DNA of 64,000 nucleotides from a virus: IMG/VR virus record IMGVR_UViG_3300045988_102159, positions 78,631 to 142,630 of that record; one strand, 5' to 3'. Shown piece by piece: positions 36,961 to 46,594 of this stretch (position 1 is its first letter; each line of letters starts with the position of its first letter). The notes under the pieces were generated by a model. It saw only the letters and a program-made list of their open reading frames with translations, ran no database searches and was not told where the DNA came from. The position numbers and the translations under genes were made by a program.

Positions 36961-37812
36961 TCATTTTATATCATCGCAGAAATTACCAAGCTCTAATTTC
37001 TTATTGGAAAGTGCAAGTATAGCATTCACCTTATCTTTATCCTTGTCACGGTCTGCGAACCTTGCGACAAACTTCAACCAAGCATCTCCCCTCTCTTCAT
37101 CCATTAACAGATAATGCTCTCTAACCTCTTGCAAAGTCATATATCCTAAATCTGTATAGACTTTCATTTCTCTCAGCGTATTCTCAATAGATTCCTTCTG
37201 CGCACGAGCATAATCATTTACCCTATATAGTTCAGTATAAAGACCTTTCTTTCCTTTGCGATACACAGCCTTCTCCGCATACTCAATAAGACCAACATCT
37301 CTAAGTACGATAAGGAATTCATCTACTCGGCGAATATTCCTCGCATCCTTATAATATCCAAGAGCCTTCAAAATCTCTGTACGAGAAAAGAAATAATTCT
37401 CACCGCCCTCGAAGAACGCTTTATGAAGCTGATACCACCTTTTAAGATAACAATATGTCTTGAAGCAATCCGCACTCAACGCACTAAGACAAAACCTAAC
37501 TGTATCCACTGGAATCGTAACATACTGCCCTTCCACTGGCTGCACTATAACATTCATGCCATTCATCTTAATAACTTCTAAAGATTCAAAGCAGCTCATG
37601 ACTTTTCTAATCTGATAGTTGGTCAATCCTACACTTTTTAATCTGGCTCGACTATCCTGCATCGACAAAATTCTTGTATTGTCTTTCTCTAACTTAGTAT
37701 CTAACATGAGACTACCCATCGCATTGTAGTTACAATTTTTATTTTCCAACTTCTCAGGGTCTACGCTAAAACTTAGCTTAGGCGCTTTATGATTTTCTTC
37801 TTTATCTGTCAT
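36961..37812 (-). CDS. putative replication initiator / replisome organizer (function inferred)
   Basis: 283-aa ORF directly downstream of the iteron array. The central region looks wHTH-like. No diagnostic motif was recognised. Confidence 0.35.
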   Translation of the reverse strand: MTDKEENHKAPKLSFSVDPEKLENKNCNYNAMGSLMLDTKLEKDNTRILSMQDSRARLKSVGLTNYQIRKVMSCFESLEVIKMNGMNVIVQPVEGQYVTIPVDTVRFCLSALSADCFKTYCYLKRWYQLHKAFFEGGENYFFSRTEILKALGYYKDARNIRRVDEFLIVLRDVGLIEYAEKAVYRKGKKGLYTELYRVNDYARAQKESIENTLREMKVYTDLGYMTLQEVREHYLLMDEERGDAWLKFVARFADRDKDKDKVNAILALSNKKLELGNFCDDIK

Positions 37813-37884
37813 ATTTTCTCCTTCCTTGCACGCACGTGCATGACATGTTATTTATTATATTAATTTATTATATAATTTATTAGG

Positions 37885-38128
37885 GGTGTGCATTTTTTAA
37901 CAGTTTTGAAGGGACTGGTGTGCATTTTTTAACAATTTTACCTTAACTGGTGTGCATTTTTTAACTTTCTAGCCACTCCTTTCACTTCGTTAAAAATTTA
38001 AGATTAAAAAATACCCACCAAAATACCTGCGAAAACTATAACTGGTGTGCATTTTTTAACCGTTTTGACACTGGTGTGTATTTTTTAATCGCTCCGAAAG
38101 TGAAAAAATACCCACCAAAATACCTGCG
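37885..38128. repeat. iteron array: 5x CTGGTGTGCATTTTTTAAC plus 2x AAAAAATACCCACCAAAATACCTGCG
   Basis: 19-mers at 37885, 37915, 37947, 38042 and 38071 (variant). 26-mers at 38006 and 38103. Confidence 0.8.
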
Positions 38129-38332
38129 GTTTTGTCATTTACAAAACCGTCTTGTCCGTTAAAGAAAATTTACCGCGCTCTTGCGCAATTAGTCAGTTAA
38201 CACGCAGAAACGCATAAACATATTTCACACGGACATCAAGATACTCTACCACATCTATATTATAACATACTTCGTCTATTTTGTCAAATAAAAGAAAGAC
38301 CCACGGCCATAGGCCGCAGGTCTTTACATGCA

Positions 38333-38599
38333 CTATTTAGTTTTTGCAACTACAAAATATCCATCAGACAAAGTGCGTTCTATTTCATCATTAACAGTTA
38401 TTCCGTCTTCTTTCAGCATTAACATTACAGGCATGAAAGCTCTACTGCCAAAAGGAAACCAAGAATCACATTCTGGAGTAATATTTTGTCGAATTTCTTC
38501 TAATGAAAAAAGTCTCATATCTCTATAAGATTGCATTCGACCTTCCAAAGACTCTTCTATATAATCAACAACTTTCTGTTGCCATTCTAATTTATTCAT
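38333..38599 (-). CDS. hypothetical protein
   Basis: Start trimmed to MNKLEWQQK (GGTAGGTGA RBS). Confidence 0.55.
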   Translation of the reverse strand: MNKLEWQQKVVDYIEESLEGRMQSYRDMRLFSLEEIRQNITPECDSWFPFGSRAFMPVMLMLKEDGITVNDEIERTLSDGYFVVAKTK

Positions 38600-38603
38600 A
38601 TTA

Positions 38604-38942
38604 TCACCTACCAGGCACTCCATCAACTCCGTCAATACCCTCAAGGATAGTCTTACCGTCTTCTTCAACTATCATACAACCAAAAGCAAAGTCGGTATTA
38701 TAATTGTCGGTCACACCCCAGCAACTATAGCACTCACCATCTTCGTCTGGGCCAATAGCCAAAGCATCATCAATCAAGTCATACATAGTAGGCAACTCAG
38801 TATCATTACACGTATCCTTATTGGCCGCAAGAATCCCAACTTGCTTTGCGGCACACTGATAGATATAATAGTGAGCAGATAACACGAAGTCCAAAGTCCA
38901 ATAGACATTCTTCTTCTTATACTCTTCGTTGCTCAACAACAT
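38604..38942 (-). CDS. hypothetical protein
   Basis: 112-aa ORF. Confidence 0.55.
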   Translation of the reverse strand: MLLSNEEYKKKNVYWTLDFVLSAHYYIYQCAAKQVGILAANKDTCNDTELPTMYDLIDDALAIGPDEDGECYSCWGVTDNYNTDFAFGCMIVEEDGKTILEGIDGVDGVPGR

Positions 38943-38968
38943 ATATACTCCTTAATTTTAATTATACG

Positions 38969-39322
38969 CTATTCTTTTTGGATAAGTAAATAATCAAGAC
39001 ACCAATCATCTACTGGGCCGCATTCATGCACAATTACAGAGTAACGATATTCAAATTCACTAAGGGCATGTCTAAAATCTCTATAACCGAAAGCAGCAGA
39101 GCATTTACTGGAAATATAGTTCAGATACTCAACAGGCACAATGCAAACGTCTTTGCCATAAGTTGCATAAATACTGGCAAGATACTCAATAAAACATTCT
39201 TTAATTGCATTTATGTCATTGCCAGCAGCTTCAAGCAGGTTCTTATAAGTAACATTAATAAGGTCGATTTCAGTTGACCAAGGAATATTAAATTTCTTAT
39301 GACGTCCATCACTCAACAGCAT
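38969..39322 (-). CDS. hypothetical protein
   Basis: Start trimmed to MLLSDGRHK (AGGAG RBS). Confidence 0.55.
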   Translation of the reverse strand: MLLSDGRHKKFNIPWSTEIDLINVTYKNLLEAAGNDINAIKECFIEYLASIYATYGKDVCIVPVEYLNYISSKCSAAFGYRDFRHALSEFEYRYSVIVHECGPVDDWCLDYLLIQKE

Positions 39323-39330
39323 ATGCGCTC

Positions 39331-39657
39331 CTAATCCCAATCATTAACAGTCCAATAGACGCTCAAATGACCACCAGCGGTGTCATACTTGTCAGCATCA
39401 TGCCAGTAGTAATCCTCGACAGAAAGACCAAGATTCTCAAGGGTATCCTTGGCATCAAGCATTTCCTTCTCAGTGCCATTGCAAATAACCCAATAAGCGC
39501 AACCAGCATAATAGTCCTTGCGCTCTTCGATAAGCATCTCAGCAGCAATATTCACCAAAGGAGTAACATCCTTCCAAGACTTGCGGCCATTGACAACCTC
39601 ATATGCCGCATCCAGAAGACCGTCAACCTGTGCAAGAATCGTCTCAACCTTGGTCAT
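39331..39657 (-). CDS. hypothetical protein
   Basis: 108 aa with a CCAAGAGAAGGAGAAAG leader. Confidence 0.6.
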   Translation of the reverse strand: MTKVETILAQVDGLLDAAYEVVNGRKSWKDVTPLVNIAAEMLIEERKDYYAGCAYWVICNGTEKEMLDAKDTLENLGLSVEDYYWHDADKYDTAGGHLSVYWTVNDWD

Positions 39658-39749
39658 ATACTTTCTCCTTCTCTTGGAGGACTTTATCTTGTCCTCTCCC
39701 TTTCTCTATATATATTATATAATATTATAGAGCAGACTGCAAGAACTTT

Positions 39750-40040
39750 TTATAGGTCAATTTTATCAAGACAAAGATAAACACAATGCTTACCATCAGA
39801 TGCCGCATAGAACATACAATCCCAAGATGCCTTATAACCAAAAGACACAAGAATATGGTTCAAAGCGGCGATTGAATAAATCACATCTTGCACGCCATTA
39901 AGAGGGACATGAATATAGTCGAGGCTCTCTTTGTTCTCGTACATGCGTCCAATGGTTTTAGCAATATCAGCGAGAATATCCAAATCATCAATGCTATCAA
40001 GAAGGTAGCCAAGCGGCATATTATCATACTTGTTAGTCAT
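39750..40040 (-). CDS. hypothetical protein
   Basis: 96 aa with a TTGCAG-N17-TATAAT promoter upstream. Confidence 0.6.
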   Translation of the reverse strand: MTNKYDNMPLGYLLDSIDDLDILADIAKTIGRMYENKESLDYIHVPLNGVQDVIYSIAALNHILVSFGYKASWDCMFYAASDGKHCVYLCLDKIDL

Positions 40041-40126
40041 TTAAAATCCTTTCCTTGCCTTTCTTTAATAATATTATATAATATTATTAGACAGACTGCA
40101 AGAAAAATCTTACGCGGCCAATGGCA

Positions 40127-40351
40127 TTATTTTTCTTTCTCTTGGATTATCTCACGCACAAGAAGCACAGTCTCCTTGGCCGCATACAGAATCATACAAA
40201 TACCTGCGATAAAGCCAATGACGCACAGAACAGTAAAAATAAGCAGGCTCATAGGAGAACTACCAATCAATGTCGCCAGCGTCATTATCGTATCCCCAGC
40301 AGGAGAATATAAAAGATAGGACAGCGCATACTCCAACGATTGTAAAAACAA
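40127..40351 (-). CDS. small membrane protein (start uncertain)
   Basis: Hydrophobic core LLIFTVLCVIGFIAGICMILY. Confidence 0.45.
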   Translation of the reverse strand: MFLQSLEYALSYLLYSPAGDTIMTLATLIGSSPMSLLIFTVLCVIGFIAGICMILYAAKETVLLVREIIQEKEK

Positions 40352-40374
40352 AACAGATAACCCCTAACACTTCA

Positions 40375-40536
40375 TTAATCATAATCTTCATAGTCCCATA
40401 CATCAATTACGTTGCCGAGCCAATCATAGAAATTCTCACCACTGCCACTTTCAATCTTATTAACATAATCAGCAATATTATCTGTATCATCCGTAGCTTT
40501 AAGCGCATCTAAAATATCATCATATGTATAATCCAT
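40375..40536 (-). CDS. 53-aa acidic protein (below ORF-track cutoff)
   Basis: Starts MDYTYDDILDALKATDD... with a GGAGG RBS. Confidence 0.5.
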   Translation of the reverse strand: MDYTYDDILDALKATDDTDNIADYVNKIESGSGENFYDWLGNVIDVWDYEDYD

Positions 40537-40593
40537 ATAACCTCCAATAGCAAAAAGGAGAATAGATTTCTCTATTCTCCTTATGCAGCCAAT

Positions 40594-41259
40594 CTAATTT
40601 TCAAAATTCATTTCTTTTCGCTCTTGGCGCTCATAGTTTTTACCGTCCTCGAAGCCTTCATCGTAGCCATCATCGTGACCTTCAACATAGCCATCATCGC
40701 GACCATTTTCGTAGCCAGTATCATAACCATCCTGCCAGCCAGCAGCTTCATCGTTATGTAAATCAGAGCAATAAGTCTTTAAAACCTTATTATATGCACC
40801 ATTAGTCTGGAAATAGCGTTTAGCTACACAAGCATTAAAACCTGCGGCTTCATTATACACATCGGTATCAGCGCATTTAGAACGCGTCACTTCACCATCT
40901 TTCCACCATACGATTGTCCAAGGCTTATCATATTTAACACGCTTAATCTGATTCACTTGAGACTCATTAAACTTGCGGCGAACCTTTTCATCTTGCTTTT
41001 TCTTCTTTTGGATTAGCTTTTCATGTCCGTCCACAAGCGCATCATAAAGATTCTCAAGCAAATCATCTGACAGCTCCATATCAACAATGCGGTCATTGCC
41101 GTCAGTACTATAGTTAAACTTACTCAGAAACTTTGCGTTAGTGACCGCAAGCAAATGTGCGGCACGTGCAATCTCATTTGCATTGTATACTTGATGCTGA
41201 ATGCTAGCATCCTTATACAGCACATCATTGGATACTGTAGTCTTCTCAACACCAAGCAT
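40594..41259 (-). CDS. hypothetical protein with C-terminal GY(D/E)xG repeats
   Basis: Start trimmed to MLGVEKTTV (AAGGAGAA RBS). Confidence 0.6.
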   Translation of the reverse strand: MLGVEKTTVSNDVLYKDASIQHQVYNANEIARAAHLLAVTNAKFLSKFNYSTDGNDRIVDMELSDDLLENLYDALVDGHEKLIQKKKKQDEKVRRKFNESQVNQIKRVKYDKPWTIVWWKDGEVTRSKCADTDVYNEAAGFNACVAKRYFQTNGAYNKVLKTYCSDLHNDEAAGWQDGYDTGYENGRDDGYVEGHDDGYDEGFEDGKNYERQERKEMNFEN

Positions 41260-41260
41260 A

Positions 41261-41683
41261 CTAGTTCTCCTTATCAAAGTCATTCTGGACTTGCTCAAAA
41301 TATTTATAAAGGTCATCGTTCAGCTCGCACAGCATTGCAATACGAATCCATGTATCAAATTTAGTGATACCATCCTGACCATGCCCAATAAACTCATACC
41401 AAGGCACTTCGTCACCATATGTATCTTCAAGCAGCTCACGAATATCTTCGTCAGCGAACGCATTCGCAATATTTTCACGGTCAGGTCCATACGTCACAAG
41501 GAAACAATCAGGATGCCCAGCAGACGAAGCATTGCCAGTTACATCATCAGAAAAATACATATCATCGAAGACTTCATCCCACTCGGTGTCGGCATTATAT
41601 GTGCCGTCCTCGAAGTTTGCAACGATGAAATTCTTTACATCGTCCTCGACCATATGATTAAAAGAAGTATAAGACCAACCCAT
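41261..41683 (-). CDS. hypothetical protein
   Basis: 140-aa ORF. Confidence 0.6.
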   Translation of the reverse strand: MGWSYTSFNHMVEDDVKNFIVANFEDGTYNADTEWDEVFDDMYFSDDVTGNASSAGHPDCFLVTYGPDRENIANAFADEDIRELLEDTYGDEVPWYEFIGHGQDGITKFDTWIRIAMLCELNDDLYKYFEQVQNDFDKEN

Positions 41684-41718
41684 TTCTAATTCCTCTCTTG
41701 AATAACTAATATATCAGA

Positions 41719-41919
41719 TTAAAGGTTCTCAATACTACCGACATAGCCCTCATAGACAAGATGATGCTCACGAAGGTTCTTGGCGGCAACCTCAGCCATG
41801 ATGCGGTCAAGCTGCTCAAGGCTCTTGAAGATGCACTCGGTATACTCGATACCGCAGAAGCGACCATCGCCCTCATAGAACTTGTTGAAGATAATGTTAG
41901 CCTTCATGTACTTAGCCAT
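41719..41919 (-). CDS. hypothetical protein
   Basis: 66 aa with its own promoter/leader. Confidence 0.55.
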   Translation of the reverse strand: MAKYMKANIIFNKFYEGDGRFCGIEYTECIFKSLEQLDRIMAEVAAKNLREHHLVYEGYVGSIENL

Positions 41920-42005
41920 ATTGGAAAACCTTTCTTCCTTGCCCTTTCTTTAATTATATTATATAACAATTTCAGGCAGGGCGCAAGAACTTTTTAAAAC
42001 TAATG

Positions 42006-42278
42006 TTAATAATGATAACAAACAGTCACTTCTACATCATCAGTATCATCACAATGATGTGCGGTTTGAATGATAATATCATATCCAGCTTCTGCATACT
42101 TGGCAAGGACTTTCATATCACAACCATTCAAGGCAGGACGAAATAAAGTACAATAAGTGACATTGCTGAAAGGGTCATATTTGAGAGCCGCATCAATCAT
42201 GGTTTCAAGACCAACATCTATCTCTGAGTGCGGATTATTATGAAGATACTCGCGTTTAAACTCCAAAGGCTGAATCAT
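42006..42278 (-). CDS. hypothetical protein, tandem paralog 3 of 3
   Basis: Shares (K/R)YDP, KY(I/A)(D/E)(A/N)GY(D/K)(V/I) and a terminal (I/V)xxYH(Y/F) with its neighbours. Confidence 0.6.
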   Translation of the reverse strand: MIQPLEFKREYLHNNPHSEIDVGLETMIDAALKYDPFSNVTYCTLFRPALNGCDMKVLAKYAEAGYDIIIQTAHHCDDTDDVEVTVCYHY

Positions 42279-42559
42279 TAATTATCCCTATTATTGAAAT
42301 AGTGATAAATAGTCAATGTTATATCATTATTCTCATTAGATTCATTGCTAATCATAACATCATATCCAGCGTCAATATATTTAAAAAGAGTAGTAATGCT
42401 GTAAGTGGTAAGACAACCAAGAGCAAGGTCACAATGCACACGATTCTTGCGTGGGTCATACCTAAGAGCGTCATCAATCCTCACTTCAAGAGTATGAGAA
42501 TAATTCTCAGGGTCGGAGTTTTGAATAGACTTTCTTTTTACTCCGTTTGGTGTAATCAT
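42278..42559 (-). CDS. hypothetical protein, tandem paralog 2 of 3
   Basis: See 42006..42278. Confidence 0.6.
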   Translation of the reverse strand: MITPNGVKRKSIQNSDPENYSHTLEVRIDDALRYDPRKNRVHCDLALGCLTTYSITTLFKYIDAGYDVMISNESNENNDITLTIYHYFNNRDN

Positions 42560-42588
42560 TGTTGACTCCTTAATAGAAAAATTATTTG

Positions 42589-42846
42589 TTAAAACTTATA
42601 AACAATAGTAATATAGATTTTTGTTTCGCCATTATAAAAACGCGGCTTCATAGTAACTTTATACCCATTGTCTATATATTTTGTTAAAGTTTTCATCTTG
42701 TCAGCAGAAACTTCTGAAAAGACAAAACTTACACTACAAGAATCGGTCCCAGAGCTATATGTTAGTCCTTTATCAATTTTAAGCTCAAAGGGATCATTAT
42801 AACTTTGATTAAGCTGCTTATCTTTAACTTCATAGGGTGAAATCAC
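42589..42846 (-). CDS. hypothetical protein, tandem paralog 1 of 3
   Basis: See 42006..42278. Confidence 0.6.
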   Translation of the reverse strand: MISPYEVKDKQLNQSYNDPFELKIDKGLTYSSGTDSCSVSFVFSEVSADKMKTLTKYIDNGYKVTMKPRFYNGETKIYITIVYKF

Positions 42847-42855
42847 ATTTACTCC

Positions 42856-43014
42856 TTAATAAGACAAAAGCTCCCAAGTATTGACCAGAAATGCTTCATT
42901 CGTATCGACCGCATACAGAAGAACATGACCATCGCCATAAATCTCTTCAATCTGGCAGATGATGAACTTATGAGTATAGGGGTTAAGATACTGTACGTAA
43001 TCGTTGCGCTTCAT
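42856..43014 (-). CDS. hypothetical small protein
   Basis: Start trimmed to MKRNDYVQY, downstream of a CCAAGAGGGAAAGGAAAG leader. Confidence 0.5.
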   Translation of the reverse strand: MKRNDYVQYLNPYTHKFIICQIEEIYGDGHVLLYAVDTNEAFLVNTWELLSY

Positions 43015-43094
43015 ATACTTTCCTTTCCCTCTTGGTATACTTATATTATATACTATTATTTCACCATCTGCAAGAAAAAATTTAGACATGCGGC

Positions 43095-43508
43095 CTAAAA
43101 ACTACTCATATAATATAGTTCATCCACCAAGAGATAGAAATAACGCCCAAGTAAATCATTAGGATATTCATAACGACTTGGCGGCAAGGTAATTTTAGGA
43201 TAAACATTGCCAATTTCGTCTACATCTTCTTTATAAGTTCTAAATGAAACAGTCATATAACTACTTGAAGGTGCATCTGGCGAACACGTATTAATAGAAA
43301 ATTCACATTCGCCTAATGGCACTTGGTCATATTTACTTAAAACATCAAACCAGCAGCCTGCTGAATAACTAGTAATCTTGCCAAACTGCACATGCCCAAT
43401 AGTCCAACGCGTAGAATTTTGTTTAAGACAATAATCTTTTAAGAGATTATATGTATCTTCACAGATTTTCGTAATATCGTCAACACCCAAAATACTATAA
43501 GTATCCAT
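43095..43508 (-). CDS. hypothetical protein
   Basis: 137 aa. Possibly paralogous to 43516..43914. Confidence 0.55.
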   Translation of the reverse strand: MDTYSILGVDDITKICEDTYNLLKDYCLKQNSTRWTIGHVQFGKITSYSAGCWFDVLSKYDQVPLGECEFSINTCSPDAPSSSYMTVSFRTYKEDVDEIGNVYPKITLPPSRYEYPNDLLGRYFYLLVDELYYMSSF

Positions 43509-43515
43509 GACTCTC

Positions 43516-43914
43516 CTAATAGCAACGTATCAAAGCGTCAATTTCGTCTACAAAACTATAAATATATTGTCCAATAGAATCACAAACATCGTAATGATAT
43601 GGCATGATGAAACGACCTCTCGCGTCACCAGTATAAGGCCCATATTCCAAAATAGAAAAAATTAAACTATGCCGCGCATCTGAAACAGGTCCAGTATAAA
43701 TTACTAAGTCTTCAACAGATGCACATCCCATAAGAGATTCATCATCAAGATAAACCATATCGAAAAGCACTTTATTTGGATGAATTCTATCTACAGAGAT
43801 GCGTGCGGGTTTCCAATCAAAATGGCAAAGAGGACGCTCACGATATGCCTGCTCAACCTTGGCGGCATATTCAGTCAAACTATCAATAATCTCATCAGTC
43901 AGATAATAACTCAT
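43516..43914 (-). CDS. hypothetical protein
   Basis: 132-aa ORF. Confidence 0.55.
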   Translation of the reverse strand: MSYYLTDEIIDSLTEYAAKVEQAYRERPLCHFDWKPARISVDRIHPNKVLFDMVYLDDESLMGCASVEDLVIYTGPVSDARHSLIFSILEYGPYTGDARGRFIMPYHYDVCDSIGQYIYSFVDEIDALIRCY

Positions 43915-44015
43915 GATTAATCCTTATCAAAATCGTTTGCGGCCAATAGACAAAATACTTAGAAATATTGTCATATATAAAATCATTGATAAGCTAATTC
44001 ATAAACTTGTTCATT

Positions 44016-44324
44016 TTACACTCCCAGTGCATCGCAAATAGCAGCGTAAATATATGCACACTCCATATAACCTGCGCTATATACGGTCAACTTCTCAACG
44101 GCAGCATCATCGAGTGCGGCAATTGTGAATCGCGGCACATATTCAAAGTCCTCGCAGGCAACGCAAGCCGTGACTGTCACATGCTTATCGCCAAGAGAAT
44201 AAGTATAAGCCTGCTCGTCCATACTTGCAATTGCTATGTCCTCATGGCACGTGCGCATTACCTTGTTGACGCTAGAGAAAACCTGATTGATAGTATGCTC
44301 GAATTTCTTGCTGCTTTGTGTCAT
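44016..44324 (-). CDS. hypothetical protein
   Basis: 102 aa with its own promoter/leader. Confidence 0.55.
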   Translation of the reverse strand: MTQSSKKFEHTINQVFSSVNKVMRTCHEDIAIASMDEQAYTYSLGDKHVTVTACVACEDFEYVPRFTIAALDDAAVEKLTVYSAGYMECAYIYAAICDALGV

Positions 44325-44393
44325 GTTTTATCCCCTCTTTGTCTTTCTTTATATATATTATATAATAATATAAGACTGGCCGCAAGTATAAAA

Positions 44394-44726
44394 TTATCGG
44401 TAGAGCATCTTAATTGCCATGTCGATAATATCATTCATATAGATACTGCCGACCTCGCATTTATAATCATCTACATTAAATTCTAAAGCATCGCAACCAT
44501 CACAGAATAAGAAATGCACACGACCAACAGGATAATCACAATCGCGTATGTACTCTTCAAAACAGCTTAGGTCGCAAGAGCAAAGAAGCTGATTGTCTGC
44601 CTTTTGCCGCACATCAAATGATACTACGTTATTACGCTCTTTAGGTTTACATGCTTTCCAGTTATACATATCGCCATTGCTGCGCTTGCCGTGAATAGTA
44701 TCAAACAAAACCTTAGCGCTCTTCAT
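44394..44726 (-). CDS. hypothetical Cys-rich protein
   Basis: Start trimmed to MKSAKVLFD (CCAAGAGAGGAAATAGA leader). Confidence 0.55.
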   Translation of the reverse strand: MKSAKVLFDTIHGKRSNGDMYNWKACKPKERNNVVSFDVRQKADNQLLCSCDLSCFEEYIRDCDYPVGRVHFLFCDGCDALEFNVDDYKCEVGSIYMNDIIDMAIKMLYR

Positions 44727-44743
44727 TCTATTTCCTCTCTTGG

Positions 44744-44772
44744 AAAATAAAAACAGGGGCTTGCGCCCCTGT
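44744..44772 (-). terminator. intrinsic terminator
   Basis: ACAGGGGC-ttgc-GCCCCTGT followed by a T-run on the minus strand. Confidence 0.7.
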
Positions 44773-44778
44773 TTACGA

Positions 44779-44940
44779 CTAGTATAGAGACAACTTATTC
44801 TCTGGTACGTAGACTGTAGAACCATTTAGATATTTAACAAGGACTGTCCCATTGCTATTGAAGTGCAGAATCTTAACGACACTTACAAGACCATTAGGAC
44901 CAGTATAGGTAACATAATCTCCAACAGACAGCTTAATCAT
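44779..44940 (-). CDS. hypothetical small protein
   Basis: Start trimmed to MIKLSVGDY, overlapping the upstream stop (ATGATTAA). Confidence 0.5.
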   Translation of the reverse strand: MIKLSVGDYVTYTGPNGLVSVVKILHFNSNGTVLVKYLNGSTVYVPENKLSLY

Positions 44941-45211
44941 TTTCGTCCTCTTCCTCTTTGTCATCCTCAATCCACTCATGGTCTTCGTTTAAGAAACCGG
45001 CTTCTTCAAGGTCATCTGCCATATAGAACCAAAGATAGTCGTTAATCTCAGTCTCAGTACGGATTTCACCATCTCCGTACAGGTCAGCTTCTTCAATCAG
45101 GTCAACGATATAATCGTAAGCCTTTGGATGGTCAATCAGCTCTTCCAACCAAGTCTTGCCGCCAGACCATGCTTGGAAACGATTAAGTTCACAATCAACA
45201 ACGTAACGCAT
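44933..45211 (-). CDS. hypothetical acidic protein
   Basis: Start trimmed to MRYVVDCEL (CCAAGAGAAAGAAGAAAG leader). Confidence 0.55.
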   Translation of the reverse strand: MRYVVDCELNRFQAWSGGKTWLEELIDHPKAYDYIVDLIEEADLYGDGEIRTETEINDYLWFYMADDLEEAGFLNEDHEWIEDDKEEEDEND

Positions 45212-45273
45212 ACTTTCTTCTTTCTCTTGGCTTTCTTTAATAATATTATATAATATTAAAGAACGTAGGTCAA

Positions 45274-45600
45274 CTAGAAAATAGTGAGAATTTTTGATTC
45301 CTTTATCATATCGCAAAAAAGCATGGCTGCAAAATTCTGCACTGGACTCTCACCCATAACGCCCTTCTCACCTAGATATGTGCGGCCAATCTTGCTGTAC
45401 GTAACATCATTTCCATTTTGATATTCACAATAAATATCAAAGTAGACAGGTACTTGCTTGCGGCCAACTACTGTGAACTTGATACCATGATAATAGAACG
45501 TGCTGCGCGTCTCGCCGTTATACTCACCAACCAGCCAACCTTCATTATATGCGATAGTTTCCAAAGCTGACAGAATGTTAGAGATAAGGTTGCAATTCAT
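45274..45600 (-). CDS. hypothetical protein
   Basis: 108 aa with a TAAGGAG RBS. Confidence 0.6.
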   Translation of the reverse strand: MNCNLISNILSALETIAYNEGWLVGEYNGETRSTFYYHGIKFTVVGRKQVPVYFDIYCEYQNGNDVTYSKIGRTYLGEKGVMGESPVQNFAAMLFCDMIKESKILTIF

Positions 45601-45609
45601 TAAATCTCC

Positions 45610-45828
45610 TTAGAGCTTGCGGCTACAGAAAGGACAATACTTAATCTCATGCGACCAACCGAGCTTATCAATACCTTTATCATAATACTCGCCCATGAGA
45701 TAATAGGCTTTGTCTGCATCAGAATAATGAATATACATACCAACATCAGAATCGGCACTATCATAATCAGTACAGTCGATGCTCTCGCCCCAACGGGTAT
45801 TCATCTTGAAATTACAATACTTGCACAT
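45610..45828 (-). CDS. hypothetical zinc-ribbon-like protein
   Basis: Start trimmed to MCKYCNF. The C-terminus contains CPFC. Confidence 0.5.
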   Translation of the reverse strand: MCKYCNFKMNTRWGESIDCTDYDSADSDVGMYIHYSDADKAYYLMGEYYDKGIDKLGWSHEIKYCPFCSRKL

Positions 45829-45838
45829 GTTAAACTCC

Positions 45839-45988
45839 TTAGAGATAGTAGACATCTTCACGCTTGGCAGTGTGGAACACGCCGTCTTCATCAACAATGA
45901 CAAGGCTATCGCAGAATAGAAGAACATCCACAACTACGCCATAAACATCGCCGTACAGAGCTTTATAGAGAACCATTGAGCCAATCAT
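45839..45988 (-). CDS. hypothetical small protein
   Basis: Start trimmed to MIGSMVLYK (CCAAGAGGGGAAAGGAAA leader). Confidence 0.45.
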   Translation of the reverse strand: MIGSMVLYKALYGDVYGVVVDVLLFCDSLVIVDEDGVFHTAKREDVYYL

Positions 45989-46058
45989 GCAATTTCCTTT
46001 CCCCTCTTGGTCTATATATATTATATAATAATATATAGCGAAACGCAAGAACTTTTTA

Positions 46059-46448
46059 TCACGGCATCAGAAGATGTACAAAGGCACCATAAGGCGAGAT
46101 AATCCAAGGGATAATGGTAGCAAATTCTATAACCGCAATACCCGCGAAAGCTGCACTTAGGCCATAGCAGACATAACTTGTAGTTTCGAGAGCTTCATAT
46201 TTATTTCTTACACAGCTTTTTTGATACTTTGTTAACGGTAATTTCTCCCAGTCAGAATATTCCTTACTTTTAGCCATACAAAATCGAGCTACAACCAAAA
46301 GAGCAATAGCAAGAATGGCAAGGATGATAACCCTACTAGCGTATGCCGCAATCACATATGAAGCATATGCTGGAATTACGTCTTTCGTGACAGCGCTTAC
46401 GGCGATTCCAAGTTGATTCGCAATTTCTTTAATAACTTCGGTATTCAT
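46059..46448 (-). CDS. membrane protein (3-4 TM)
   Basis: 129 aa with several hydrophobic stretches. Confidence 0.6.
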   Translation of the reverse strand: MNTEVIKEIANQLGIAVSAVTKDVIPAYASYVIAAYASRVIILAILAIALLVVARFCMAKSKEYSDWEKLPLTKYQKSCVRNKYEALETTSYVCYGLSAAFAGIAVIEFATIIPWIISPYGAFVHLLMP

Positions 46449-46594
46449 TATTCACATTCTTTCATTATTGCGCAGTCAGTTTTGGAAACAATATAACCGC
46501 AGTTTCTTCCTTTGATAAATAAAAACGTCAAACCAATAAGGCCAATTTAATATTTTATATACTCCATAGTAAACTTGCATATTTTATATACCCA

